In this document: one piece after another, positions 33,785 to 46,789 of the stretch
How positions within the stretch are numbered: position 1 is the stretch's first letter
Layout: every line of letters starts with the position of its first letter
Assembly: GCF_964213995.1 (NCBI RefSeq)
Contig: NC_135818.1
Location: forward strand, 88,040,001-88,104,000
DNA from: Mustelus asterias
Lineage: Eukaryota
Direction: 5' to 3'
Length of the DNA stretch: 64,000 bases
The notes under the pieces: model-generated
Told to the model about the DNA's origin: nothing
Database searches by the model: none
Seen by the model: the letters and a program-made list of their open reading frames with translations, nothing else
Translations under genes and position numbers: made by a program

Positions 33785-35220
33785 AGAGACACGGCCCTTC
33801 GGCCCACACTGCTCCATATTGACCAACTTCCCCAAACTGAACTGGTCCCATTTGCCCACATGTTTTCCCTTTCCCTCTAACCCCATCCACGTACCTGACC
33901 AACTATCTTTTAAATGTTGTAATTGTGCCCGACTCTACCACCTCCTCTGGCAGCTCATTCCATGCACGCACCACCCGCTGTGGGAAAACATTGCCCCTCA
34001 GGTCCCTTTTAAATCTTTTCCCTCTCACCTTAAACCTATTCCCTCTAGTTTTGGACTCCCCCACCCTGGGGAAAAGACCTTGGCTATTCACCTCATCTAT
34101 GCCCCTCATGATTTTATAAACCTCTATAAGGACACCCTTCATCCTCCTATGCTCCAGGGAAAAAAGTCCCAACCCATCCAGCCTCTCATAATTCAAACCT
34201 TTCAGTCCCGGTAACATCCTTGTAAATCTTTTCTGCACCCTTTCCAGTTTAATAACATCAATCCATTGGGCGACCAAAATTGTACGCAGTGCTCCAAATG
34301 TTGCCTTACCAATGCCTTGTACAGTTATAACACAACGTCCCAACTCCTGTAATCAGTGCTCTGACCAATGAAGGCAAGTGCGCCAAACACCTTTTTCACC
34401 ACCCTGTCTACCTATGATGCCACTTTCAAGGAACCATGTACCCGCACCCCCAGGTCTCTCTGTTCGATAACACTCCCAAATGCCCTACCATTAACTGTGT
34501 AAGTCCTGTCCTGGTTTGTCTTACCAAAATGCAACACCTCGCATTTATCTTGAATTAAACCCCATCTGCCAATTCTCCGCCCACTGACCCAGTTGATCAA
34601 GATCCCGTTGTAGTCTTAGATAATCTTCTTCACTGTCCCTTGCAACAACAATTTTGGTATCATCTGCAAACTTACTAACCATGCCTCCTATATTTTCATC
34701 CAAATCGTTTACATAATTGACAAACAGTGGGCCCAGCACAATCCCTGCAGCACACTGCTGGTCACAGGTCTCCTGAAAAACAGTCTGAAAAACAACTCTC
34801 TACACCCTCTGTGGCAAGCCAATTTTGTATCCAATTGGCTAGTTCTCCCTGGGTCCCATATGACCTAACCTTACTGACCAAACATGCAGTACCTGGTCGA
34901 AGGACTTGCCAAAGTCCACGTAGACAAGATCTTCCTCACTGTTCCCATCTATTTTCTTGGTCACCCCTTCAAAAAAAACTTATCAAATTTGTAAGACACA
35001 ATTTCCCACGCACAAAGCCGGGCTGACTATCCCTAATCAGTTTTTGCCTTTCCAAATGCATGCAGATCCTGTCTCTCAGAATCCCCTCCCACAACTTACC
35101 CACCACTGGCATTAGGCTCACTGATCTGTAATTCTCTGGCTTTTCCCTGCCACCTTTCTTAAATAACGGCACAACATTTGCCTCCCGCCAGTCTTCCGGG
35201 AACCTCACCCGTGGCTATCA
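33785..35220 (-). mobile_element. Degenerate CR1 RT fragment
   Basis: DWREANVVPLFKKG, FADD and [14 protein letters not shown] in broken frames. Confidence 0.85.
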
Positions 35221-35649
35221 ACTTGGTTAAGGGCGGCGGTGGATTTTGATTGGCATCTCACAGGAGCGGCATCATCGTCCGACTGGCCAAACAGGTAAGC
35301 AATTAGCGAAGCATGCTGAGCGGAAGGTGGCGGTTTGAATGGTTACAGATACTGCTGGATACAATGATGCCATGTGCTGAGTGCATATGGGAAATGGACA
35401 GAAATGGAACATTTTCCAAGGAGCATTCTGGAAACTTGCTAATTCCTCCAGCTCCTTGAGCATGTCCACTTTCCAATAGTTTACTGGAGAGATCAACAGG
35501 AAAAACACACCTTGGAAAGTATGTTGCCCTTGAATAGGACTGCATTGATGCCCAGACTCCAAGGGATAACCAAAGGGGAAAGATTTATCAAATGAGAGTT
35601 ATATTCCCTGGTAGTTAGAAGTTTAAAGCCGAGCTTAAACTGTGGATCA

Positions 35650-36900
35650 CAGAATTGTTACAGTGCTAATAGGAGGTCATTCAAACCATTGCATCTGCAC
35701 CAGAGAGTCTCATTACCCCGCCACCTCCCTGTAACCCTGCACAATCTTCTTGTTCAGATAACAGTTTAATTCCCTTTTGAAAGCTTTGATTGAACCTGCT
35801 CTCAGGCAGTGCATTCCAAACCTTAACCACTCATTGTGTGAAGAAGTTTTGTCTCATATCGCTTTTTTTTTTGTAAATCACTTTAAATCCATGCCCTGTC
35901 TTTCTCAATCCTTCAACGGGTGGGATGTTTCTCCCTATCCACACTGTCCAGCCCTCTTCTGATTTTGAATAATTCTACCGTATCTCCTGTCAGCCTTCTT
36001 TTCTCAAAGGAAAACAATTCCTACTTCTCCAATCTATCTTCATAACGGGAGTTTCTCATCCCTGGAATCATAATCTTGAATCCTTTCTGCACTCTCTCCA
36101 ACACCTTCGCATCCTTCCTAAACTGCAGCACCCAGAATTAGACAATATTCCAGAGGTCAAACTAGTGTTTTATAAAAGTTCAAAATAACCTTGCTCTTGT
36201 ATTCTATGCCCCACCATCCATTAACCACTACTAAAACCAAGGATGCTGTCCATTTTTAAATTCTCTCTCAACCAGTCCTGCCACCCTTAATCACTGATGC
36301 AATTATACGGCCAGGTCCCTCTACTCCTGTGTACCCTTTAGAATTGTACCTTTTATATTGTTTCTTCATGTTCTTCCTACCAAAATGAACAACTTCACGT
36401 TCCTCTGCATTGAACCTCGTTGTCACTTGTCCACCTATTCCACCAGCTTGTTCCTCTGCCTTTGAAGTTGTGCACTCTCCTCCTCACATTTCACAATACT
36501 TGCAAGTTTCAGAGCACCTGCAAATTTTGAAATTGAGGTCTGCACACCACATATTGAGGACTGGCCCTGGGGAACTCCACTGCAAATCTTCCTCCAGTGT
36601 AAAAAACATTCATTAACCACTACTTGTTTCCTGTCACTCAGACAACTTTGGAATCGATGTTGCCACTGTTCCTTTTATTCCTTCAACTATAACTTTGTTC
36701 ACAAGTCTGTTGAGTGGCACTGTATCAAACACCTTTTGGAAGTCCACGTATGACACATTAACTGCATTTCCCTCATCAACCCTCTAATACCTCTTCAAAA
36801 ACTCCACCAAGATAGGTTTTCCCTGAACAAATCCGTGCTGGCTTCACTCAATTAACTTGCATTTGTTGATTACTATTAATTTGGACCCTAATTAAATTAG
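35650..36900 (-). mobile_element. Old CR1 fragment
   Basis: SGVPQG motif and CR1 3' region, heavily decayed. Confidence 0.65.
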
Positions 36901-38134
36901 CTGCCAGTTTCTTTTCACACTCTCTTTTTGCTTCTTTTATTTGCTATTTCATTTCCCTTTGAACCTTCTACATTCAGCTTGGTTTTCAGTTGCATTTTTG
37001 AGTTGACATTATCATGAGCAAACATTTTCTTCTTTAATTTCCATCTCTTGTCATCCAGGCAGCTCTGGATTTAAAAGCAAAATACTGTGGATGCTGCAAA
37101 TCTGAAATAAAAACAGAAAATGCCGGAGAAACCAGTCTGAGGCTATCTCAGCCAACATTCACATAAACCGCCGCAGCTCATCATCACTTTTCAAGGGCAA
37201 TTAGGGAATGGCCACCAAATACTGGCATCATTACTGACACTCATCCACAAAAAGAAGCTTGCTTTCTAGTTCAGGGTGACTGGATGATCATTAATGGGCT
37301 CATTCTGTACTATCCCATCAAACATGCACAGCAATGACTGATCACAAACACAAAACCTTCACTCTGCTTATGTCCCCACAGATCCGCTGAGAGTTTCCAG
37401 CATTCACTGTTTCTATACCAAAAAGTAGTGTAGAGATGAGAACATAATTGAAAAGTCTAATAGAATAATGGCCTTTATCTTAAACAGTTGGAATACACAG
37501 TGGATAGATAACATGATGCTGCAGTTGTATAAAGCACTGTTCAGACTCTACAGATCAGGAAGGCTTTGTTAGCCCCTGAGAAAGTGCAGCACAGATTCAC
37601 TAGAATCGCACTGACAATGAAAGGATGGAAGTACTGGTCACATAAATTGGACTTGCATTTCCTTTGGTACATAATAAAGATACGCTCTGATTGATTTAAT
37701 AAGGGTTTGTTAGATAGAGAAACTTATTCCTCTTGTTGGGGGAAGGTCTCCTAACTTTAAATCTAGTGCTTCTTTTCAATGTGCAATAGCTTTAATTATT
37801 TTTGCATAGCCACAGACAAGCAATATTTAAACAAGACCTACACACACATAACTTAGCAGTTGTATTCTCTCTCCACAGATGCTGCCAGACATGCTGAGTT
37901 TAGCCAGCATTTTTTGTTTTTATTAGCAGGTACATTGTTTGAGGTACAGATCAGCCAATGATGTAATTACAAAATAGATCGAGCTCAAAGAATTTAATGA
38001 TCTATTCCACTTCCTTTGTTCAGAAAACTCCCGGGGGCAAGTACCATAAGAATTAAAATAGATAACAAATAAACTGCCATTAAATACTGCTATGAAAGCC
38101 ACAACATGAATTAGATCTTTTTAATATTCAGAGT

Positions 38135-38880
38135 ATAAGACCATAAGACATAGGAGCGGAAGTAAGGCCATTCGGCCCATCGAGTCCACTCCACCATTCA
38201 ATCATGGTTGATTTCAACTCCATTTACCCGCTCTCTCCCCATAGCCCTTAATTCCTCGAGAAATCAAGAATTTATCAATTTCTGTCTTGAAGACGCTCAA
38301 CGTCTCGGCCTCCACAGCCCTCTGTGGCAATGAATTCCACAGACCTACCACTCTCTGGCTGAAGAAATTGAAGTCAGTCAGAATTCCACAGACCTACCAC
38401 TCTCTGGCTGAAGTATGTGAGCATCATCGCTGGCTAGGCCAGCATTTATTGCGCATCCCTAATTGCCTTTGATAAGGTGGTGGCGAGCTGCCTTCTTGAA
38501 ACGCTGCAGTCCATGTGGTCTAGGTACAGCCTCAGTGCTGTTGGGGAGGAAGTTCCGGGATTTTGACCCCTGATAGTAAAGAAACGGTGATGTATTTTGA
38601 AGTCAGGATGGCGAGTGGCTTGGAGGGGAACTTGCAGGTGGTGTTGTTTCCATATATCTGCTGCCCTTGTCCTTCTAGATGGTAGATGCCATGGGTTTGG
38701 AAAGTGCTGTTGTAGGAGCCTTGGAGAGTTGCTGCAGTGCATCTTGTAGATGGTATACACTGCTGGCACTGTGCGTCGGTGGCAGAGGGAGTGGTCCTTG
38801 GTGATGGATGGGATGCCAATCTAGTGGGCTGTTTTGCCTTGGATTGAGTTTGAGTATTGTTTCATCTGCACTCATCCAGG
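38135..38880 (-). mobile_element. CR1 3' end (38135-38370) followed by the 3' part of another LINE family (38420-38880)
   Basis: HRRTVPAVYTIYKMHCSNSPRLL C-terminal motif; pieces of the same family at 5410-5670, 48795-48940, 60985-61150 and 63450-63630; family uncertain. Confidence 0.6.
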
Positions 38881-39339
38881 TGAATGCAAAATGTTCCAGT
38901 CTTAGTGAGGGAGTCCATATAAGGTCATCTCCGGGTCAAATAGAGGCAGATAATTAAAGGAGTGGAAATGCAGCTCAGGGTCAAACCTGATGCTAAAGTT
39001 GTGAACAGTCTGGTTCAGATGTGAATCTAGTGAATGGTACAACATGACGTCAATATAGTTGCTGGTTTTGCTGGTGGAATGTTATGTGGGATGGAGAAAG
39101 TGTGAAGATGGAGGAGTGAACTGAGAGCACATTGGAAAGAAATAAGAGAAACAGGACTCCAGCATTGGTTAGTGTTGCTGCATACATACGGAACAGTTTT
39201 ATTAAAAATGGAATAAAAAAATTAAAGAAAGATTTAACCATCTACTTTCAGGCTCTTTAAACAGTACATCAATTCACAATTAATTTTTCATATTGCTTCT
39301 ATAAGGCATTTTTGAGGCCCAGAAAACTTTGGGCCTCAC

Positions 39340-41870
39340 TTTGCTGGGAGTTTTCTATAGGCCGCCCAATAGTAACAGGGAGGTGGAGGAGCAGATAGGG
39401 AAACAGATCCTGGAGAGTTGCAATAATAGCAGAGTTGTTGTGATGGGAGACTTTAATTTCCCAAACATAGATTGGAATATCCGTAGGGTAAGGGGATTGG
39501 ATGGGGAAGAGTTTGTTAGGTGTGTTCAGGAGGGTTTCCTGACACAGCATGTGGACAAGCCTACAAGAGGAGAGGCTGTACTTGATTTGGTATTAGGGAA
39601 TGAACCTGGGCAGGTGTCAGATCTCTCAGTGGGAGAGCATCTTGGGGATAGCGATCATAACTCTATCTCCCTTATGCTTGCATTGGAAAAAGAAAGGATC
39701 AGGCAAGCTAGGAAAGTGTTTATATGGAGTAAGGGGAAATATGAAGACATGAGACAGCAAATTAGAGGAGTAAATTGGAAGGAGGTATTCTCGGGGAAAT
39801 GTACTGAAGAGAGGTGGTAGTTTTTCAAGGAATGTCTGTCTAGAGTTCTACAGGACAACGTTCCGAGCAGACAGGGAGGTGTTGGTCGGTTAAAGGAACC
39901 GTGGTGCACGAAAGCTGTGCGGGACCTAGTCGAGAAGAAAAGGAAAGCGTACAAAAGGCTGAGAGCTTGGTGAAGATAGGGATCTAGATGAGTATACGGC
40001 TTGTAGGAAGGGACTAAAGAAGGAAATTAGGAGAGCCAGAAGGGGTCACAAGAAGGCCCTGGCAGGTAGGATTAAGGAGAACCCTAAGGCGTTCTATAAA
40101 TATGTGAAGAGTAAAAGGATGAGACGTGATGGAATAGGGCCTATAAAAGGTGAAGGCGGAAAAGTCTGTTCGGAACCAGTAGAAATGGCAGAGGTGCTCA
40201 ATGAGTATTTTGCCTCGGTTTTCACAGAGGAGAAGGACCTGGGTGGATGTACTGCGGGCGTGCGGTGGACTGAAAGGATTGAGTATGTGGACTTTAACAA
40301 AGAGGTTGTGCTGGAATCTTTGAATGGCATCAAGATAGATAAGTCGCCGGGTCCGGATGGGATGTACCCCAGGTTACTGTGGGAGGCGAGGGAGGAGATT
40401 GCAGAGCCTCTGGCGATGATCTTTGCGTCATCGATGGAGACGGGAGAGGTGCCGGAGGATTGCGGATGTGGTTCCTATTTTCAAGAAGGGGAATAGGGAT
40501 AGCCCAGGTAATTACCGACCGGTGAGTCTAACCTCAGTGGTTGGTAAACTGATGGAGAAGATCCTGAAGGACAGGATACATGAGTATTTAGAGAGGTTTA
40601 GTATGCTCAAGAATACTCAGCATGGCTTTGTCAAGGGCAGATCGTGCCTTATGAGCCTGGTGGAGTTCTTCGAAAATGTGACTAAACACATTGACGAAGG
40701 GAAGGCGGTAGATGTGGTTTATATGGATTTTAGCACGGCGTTCGATAAGGTCCCCCATGCAAGGCTTCTAGAAAAAGTGAGAGGGCATGGGATCCAAGGG
40801 GCTGCTGCCCTGTGGATCCAGAACAGGCTTGCCCAAAGGAGGCAGAGAGTGGGTATAGATGGATCTTTTTCTAAATGGAGGTCGGTCACCAGTGGTGTGC
40901 CCCAGGGATCTGTTCTGGGACCCTTGCTGTTTGTCATTTTCATAAATGACCTGGATGAGGAAGTGGAGGGATGGGTTGGTAAGTTTGCCGACGACACGAA
41001 GGTTGGTGGGGTTGTGGATAGTCTGGAGGGATGTCAGAAGTTACAGAGGGACATAGATAGGATGCAAGACTGGGCGGACAAGTGGCAGATGGACTTCAAC
41101 CCAGATAAATGCGTCGTGGTCCATTTTCGTAGGACAAATGGGATGAAGGAGTACAATGTAAAGGGAAAGGCTCTTAGTACTGTAGAGGATCAGAAGGACC
41201 TTGGGGTCCGGGTCCATAGGACTCTAAAATCGGCCCCGCAGGTGGAGGAGGTGGTTAAGAAGGCGTATGGTGTGCTGGCCTTTATCAATTGAGGGATTGA
41301 GTTTAGGAGTCCGGGGATAATGATGCAGCTATATAAGACCCTCGTCAGACCCCACTTGGAGTACTGTGCTCAGTTCTGGTCGCCTCACTATAGGAAGGAT
41401 GTGGAAAAGATTGAAAGGGTGCAGAGGAGATTTACAAGGATGTTGCCTGGATTGAGTGGCATGCCTTATGAGGATAGGCTGAGGGAGCTCGGTCTTTTCT
41501 CCTTGGAGAGACGAAGGATGAGAGGAGACCTAATAGAGGTGTATAAGATGTTGAGAGGCATAGATCGGGTGGACTCTCAGAGGCTTTTTCCCAGGGTGGA
41601 AATGTCTGCTACGAGAGGACACAGGTTTAAGGTGCTGGGGGGTAGGTACAGGGGAGATGTTAGGGGTAAGTTTTTCACACAGAGGGTGGTGGGCGAGTGG
41701 AATTGGCTGCCGTCAGTGGTGGTGGAGGCGAACTCAATAGGGTCTTTTAAGAGACTCCTGGATGAGTACATGGAGCTTAATAGGATGGAGGGTTATAGGT
41801 AGGTCTCGAAGGTAGGGATGTGTTCAGCACAACTTGTGGGCCGAAGGGCCTGTTTGTGCTGTAATTTTTT
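39340..41870 (+). mobile_element. CR1 LINE (APE C-half plus RT) with stops and frameshifts
   Basis: VVMGDFNFP, SDHN, KSPGPDG, GVPQGSVLGP and FADD. Confidence 0.95.
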
Positions 41871-42344
41871 TTAAAAACCTGTCACTTACAACTTGTGTTT
41901 TATCTCCCTAACCCAGGAATATTATCAATTGAATTGGTTATCCGTAATCAACAACATAGCAGGATTGGGGTGGCATACTGCACTGGGGAGATGGATTAGA
42001 GAGAGAAGGGAAGGGAGAGAGGGATACAGATAGGGTGACATACAGGAGTTCTGGATCAGAGAGGGGGCGGAAGACACATGGTTGATGGAGAGGGAGGAAG
42101 AGACAGAGAGAAAGACCATGAGCAAACTGCCTCTGCAAAGCAGCAACACGATTGCTCTGCACCCAAGACTTCTTTCATAATAATGGTTTTGTTCCAAAAG
42201 ACAGAGTGGGTTGGGAGTGGTTATAGCACTCGGATTGGGAAGCTCCAAGATAATCGCCTTGGTGCTGGGAGATTAGAACCAGATGGTTTTTTTGCACCGG
42301 TCAGCAAATACTTGCTGAATCAGCCACAATGACACCACAGAGAC

Positions 42345-42740
42345 TAGAGTGGAGGAGAGAGAGAGGGAGGGAGGAGAAAGGGAGGAAGGAGAGAGGGGGA
42401 GGGAGGAGAGAGAGGGAGGAGAGAGAGGGGGAGGAGAGAGAGGGGGANNNNNNNNNNNNNNNNNNNNNNNNNNNNNNNNNNNNNNNNNNNNNNNNNNNNN
42501 NNNNNNNNNNNNNNNNNNNNNNNNNNNNNNNNNNNNNNNNNNNNNNNNNNNNNNNNNNNNNNNNNNNNNNNNNNNNNNNNNNNNNNNNNNNNNNNNNNNN
42601 NNNNNNNAGAGAGCGGGAGGGAACAGAGAGGGAGGAGGGGGGAGAGAGAGGGGGAGGGGGGAGAGAGAGGGGGAGGGAGGAGAGAGCGGGAGGGAACAGA
42701 GAGGGAGGAGGGGGGAGAGAGGGAGAGACTGAGGACAGAG
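42345..42740. repeat. GA-rich low-complexity tract containing an assembly gap (N at 42448-42607)
   Basis: Purine-rich runs on both sides of 160 N. Confidence 0.95.
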
Positions 42741-43927
42741 AGGGTCAGCTATTCATCTCCTTACCCTTTTCAAATTGTTTCCAGAATCATGGTTGGTGTG
42801 CCCATTTATTAACTGACAGGATGATACAGGAGGCCATTTGGCCCATTATGTCCACACTCTGAAAGACTGATCCAATCAGTCCTACTTCTCTCACTCTGTC
42901 CCCATAACTCTGAAAATGTCCTCTTTCCGATCAGAATTCACTGCAGAAAACTGTCTTGTTTCCCTCCCTGGTTCATTGTTATCCTCAATCCGTGTCCCTG
43001 GTCCCTGACTTCCAGTCACCAACCCGCAATCTCTGATCATTGATTCTCAGGTCCGTGGACACTGACCCTCTTGCCTCTGGTCACAGTTTCTATTCACTCT
43101 TGTCAAAACCCATTTGTAATTTTGAACAACTCTCTCAAATCTGCCCAGAACCTTCTCTGCTCCAAGGAGAACTCTGCCTTCTCCAGTCTCTGTGTCCAAC
43201 ACCCAGAGGGAACTGCTGGACACAGATGCGTCTCTGTTACGTGTCACTCAGGAGTATTCACTAACAATTTGTTGGATTGTATAGCAGGGCCACTCACTAA
43301 CAGAGAAAGGAAATCAGTTCATCAGAGCCGGAAATGGTGGAGAATCATGAACAAAAAATTGGATTTCTGGAGCCATGTGCAAAATGAAAATAAAGTAAAG
43401 AAAGCACCTTCCGGATCTGTGAGACACCGAGTAACCGGCGAGATAATACTTGTTTAGTCTGAAGATTATAGTATGGAACTGACGTGAGCGGTGTCAGTGA
43501 GCCCTCTCAGCGAGTGAGTGGTCAAATGTGAGATACTGAGCCAAACGATCCCATAATATCCTGAGTGAGCTGGTCTCACAGGTTGCTGATGGTGACAATG
43601 GGTGAGAGTGTCAGGAGGTGAGGATGGTGAAGAATGCAGCTAGACTCCTGCTGATAAAGGTGGCTGGGTTTGAGGAGGAGGAAATGCTGCCTTTAGTCTC
43701 CGATAGTTCCACCAACAGACAGCCGTGTCATTGTACAGGTGGGGGGGGGGTAAGAGCTGCCTGGGTACCCCAACAAGCATCAGCACCCAGGGTGGCGGGC
43801 GGGCTGGGGAAGTTGTTTGCAATGAGGAAAGAGATTCCAATTCTTGACAGGTCCAGTGAAGAACTTAGCCCATCATCATCATCATCGTGGGGGAGGGGGG
43901 GTTGTTTGGGGGTTGGAGGAGGGTCAC

Positions 43928-46048
43928 TCACATTTTCTTGGTGTGGCTGCTCAGATGGTGCATTGTCAGCTCTTTCTTCAGCTTGAACTTGTCCCCGCAC
44001 AGGGTGCAGGCGTGGAGGTGGACATCAGTGTGACGTTCCAGCGACTCTCCATCCCCAAACACCTGGAAACAAACCTCGCAAATGACCTCTCTGCCCGCAA
44101 GGTGGGACACCATGTGCCGCAGGTGGTCATGCTTCCGGTAGCTGCCCTGGCCACACCTGGGGCAGACGTAGCGGGCATCGCCTCTGTGCATGTCGAGGTG
44201 GAGCCGGAGCAAACGCTCCCGCAGGAATTCCTTGCCACAGATCTGACAGGCAAACTCCTTCTCCTTGGTGTGGGTGGTGAAGTGTTCCCGAAGGTGGCAT
44301 CGTTGGTAGAAAGCCTTCCCACAGAGGTTGCAGACATGTTTCCGCCGATCCACATGCTCAGATGAGGCCTCGCGGGCAGGCTGTCCAAACATGCAGCGGG
44401 AGACATGCTCGACCCACAGTTTCTCCTGGTCAAAGGCTCGGGCACACTGCGGGCACTGGAAGTTGCGGCCTGTGTGCCGGTACATGTGCTCCTGGAGCTG
44501 CCAGCGTTGCTTGAAGCTTCCCCCACATACCTGGCAGGTGAACCGGCTCACTTCATGCCCAGGGCTCTCGGGTGAGGGACCCTCCGTAGATGCTGCAGCC
44601 GAGGAGGGGAGCAGTTCCCCTCCAGCCTGCCAGGTGTACAAGGTGTCATGTGCTCCCAGGCATTGCTCAGCATGTTCCTGCAAGCGACCCCCCTTTACCA
44701 GGATCCGGCCACACTTACCGCAGGCGCACACACTTTCCACATGATGTGCCACGTAGTGAGCAGATCGCTCACTCTCGGGCAATGCCACACCGCACAGCTC
44801 ACAGGCTGGCCCCAGAGGACTGTCCCCCTCTCTCTGTGGCTCCATCTTCAAGACACCCTCCAGTCCGTCCTCCTCTTCGTCCTCCTCCTCCTCCTCTTCC
44901 TCCTCCTCTTTCTCATCCACTGTCCAGCCAGATTGACCCTTGCCCTTCTCCACTGTCCGTTGATGGCTACTGCCCACAGCTGCCCTCCTCTGGGTGGGGA
45001 AGCTGTTGTAGACTTTGCCAGCTTCCTCAAAGGTCATTCTGTCTTCCTTCTCCTCGTCAGAGGGGAGGTCGGCATCATCCATCACCTGAACCACGGTGAT
45101 ATCACCGAGGTCGACAGCTGCCGTGTCCTCGGGCTCACTTTTCACCAGGTGACTGTTGGTTGCAGAATCCAGGAGGTCCCCCTTGGAGTCAGTGTCATTT
45201 TCTGAGCTCTCCTCAGTTGGGATCTCGGAGGAGTCTGCCCGTCCCCCAGGGCCTTCCTCGCCTGCCCGTTCAATCTTGTCAGAGCTGCTCTCCTCCCCCG
45301 CTCCGTCGGTTCGGGGGGGCGCGCGTCTGCTGTTGCATGTCAGTGCATGCTCGTTGAGGAGCTTCTCACAGCTGAAAACAAAGCCACAACAGTCACAGGT
45401 GTAACGCTTCCCAAAACGATGGTGCAGCCTCCCCTTCAGGCCCGTACGGCTCTGCTTGCGGGGAGGGCTGGAGGCCTGCTTCTTGGGCAGGCAGTCCACG
45501 CTGGAGGGCAGCAGCGGGAGAGGGGGCAGGAGGGGCAGAGGGACAGTACAGGCCTTGTTAACCTCGGGACTCGGTTCCCTGCGGGTCCTCTTGGTCGCGT
45601 CCAGTGGGTCATCATACATACGGACCCCGAACATCATGGAGTCTTTGGGGCAGCCAAAAGCCAACGGTGGTGACTGCACAGACTTTCCATTGCTCTCCTG
45701 CAACTCATCCAAGCTCTTTGGCACGTAATAAAGCTGCAGGAAGGTCATGGCTGACCGCAACTCCTCAAAGTCAGAAGGCACTCCCACCAGCCTGCCCAGG
45801 TACATGATCTGCAGAATGAGGTCAAAGCACTCAGCACTGATGTTGACATTGCTCAGACTCAGGTTCCCTGTTAGTTGCTGCTGGCTGATGAACATCATTC
45901 GGAAATAGGAGCTGCAGGCAGTCAGCACTGCCCGATGGGCCCGAAAGTAAATGTCATTGATAATGATACAGCAATCACACAGGAAGCCCCATTCTCTCTG
46001 GTTGTTCAGCTGCTGCAGGACGTATTCACTATGGCTCAACCGTGACAT
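43928..46048 (-). CDS. ZBTB1: Zinc finger and BTB domain-containing protein 1 (706 aa, single coding exon)
   Basis: BTB start SHSEYVLQQLNNQREWGFLCDC, FGVRMY motif and C-terminal fingers CNLCGKAFYQRCHLREH and RKHDH match recalled ZBTB1; acceptor tttctgtttctttctag at 46076. Confidence 0.95.
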   Translation of the reverse strand: MSRLSHSEYVLQQLNNQREWGFLCDCCIIINDIYFRAHRAVLTACSSYFRMMFISQQQLTGNLSLSNVNISAECFDLILQIMYLGRLVGVPSDFEELRSAMTFLQLYYVPKSLDELQESNGKSVQSPPLAFGCPKDSMMFGVRMYDDPLDATKRTRREPSPEVNKACTVPLPLLPPLPLLPSSVDCLPKKQASSPPRKQSRTGLKGRLHHRFGKRYTCDCCGFVFSCEKLLNEHALTCNSRRAPPRTDGAGEESSSDKIERAGEEGPGGRADSSEIPTEESSENDTDSKGDLLDSATNSHLVKSEPEDTAAVDLGDITVVQVMDDADLPSDEEKEDRMTFEEAGKVYNSFPTQRRAAVGSSHQRTVEKGKGQSGWTVDEKEEEEEEEEEDEEEDGLEGVLKMEPQREGDSPLGPACELCGVALPESERSAHYVAHHVESVCACGKCGRILVKGGRLQEHAEQCLGAHDTLYTWQAGGELLPSSAAASTEGPSPESPGHEVSRFTCQVCGGSFKQRWQLQEHMYRHTGRNFQCPQCARAFDQEKLWVEHVSRCMFGQPAREASSEHVDRRKHVCNLCGKAFYQRCHLREHFTTHTKEKEFACQICGKEFLRERLLRLHLDMHRGDARYVCPRCGQGSYRKHDHLRHMVSHLAGREVICEVCFQVFGDGESLERHTDVHLHACTLCGDKFKLKKELTMHHLSSHTKKM

Positions 46049-46789
46049 CCTGGATTACCAATCCCAACCAGGATCCTAGAAAGAAACAGAAATTTGGATC
46101 ACTGAACAGCAAAGCACAGGAAGAGCCCATTCAGCCCATTAACTCCATACTGGCTCTTTCAGAGTCTCACTCCGCTGCTCTGCACCCATTCATTTGCAAC
46201 ATTTAACCAATTTGCCTTCAAATGCAATGATTCAATCTGCATTTCAAATCCTGAACCAGGGCTCTGAAACTGGCCATCCCATATCCACACCCAGTTCCTT
46301 CACATCTAATTTACGATTCTCAGCCTTCCCCAGTTGGAACACATTAAGATGAAAAAGGCCTTTAAAGTAAATGTGCGATGGAATTAAGGGGAAAAGTCAC
46401 AATTCCACAAATAAAAACAATAGACTCAGAGACAGACTTTGTAAAATACACAAACTGGATGTAAATGATTGAGAATTTAATAAACTCAACCTGACAACAT
46501 AGGGTCTGTGGACTTCAACAGAAAATGCAGCAGACTGTACACTTTTTTTCTGTAAATTAAAGAGACCAGCATTATCAGCTCTAGAGGTACAGTGACTCCC
46601 CGGCCGTAGAGGTCCAGTCACACAACTGTCATCAAGGTCCTGTCACACTATGACTGCAGATTATTCCTTTTCTTTGAGGAGCAGGTTTTTAGGATTGTGA
46701 CTATTATCAATGCTAATACAGCATAGGGCCTCAACCCTAGAACCATTCCCATGAATCCTTTTTGCATCCTCACATATCCTCCGCTAGAC

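Noticed and set aside
42329-42862. Arg/Glu-rich ORFs across the gap
   Set aside because: Low-complexity GA tract with Ns.
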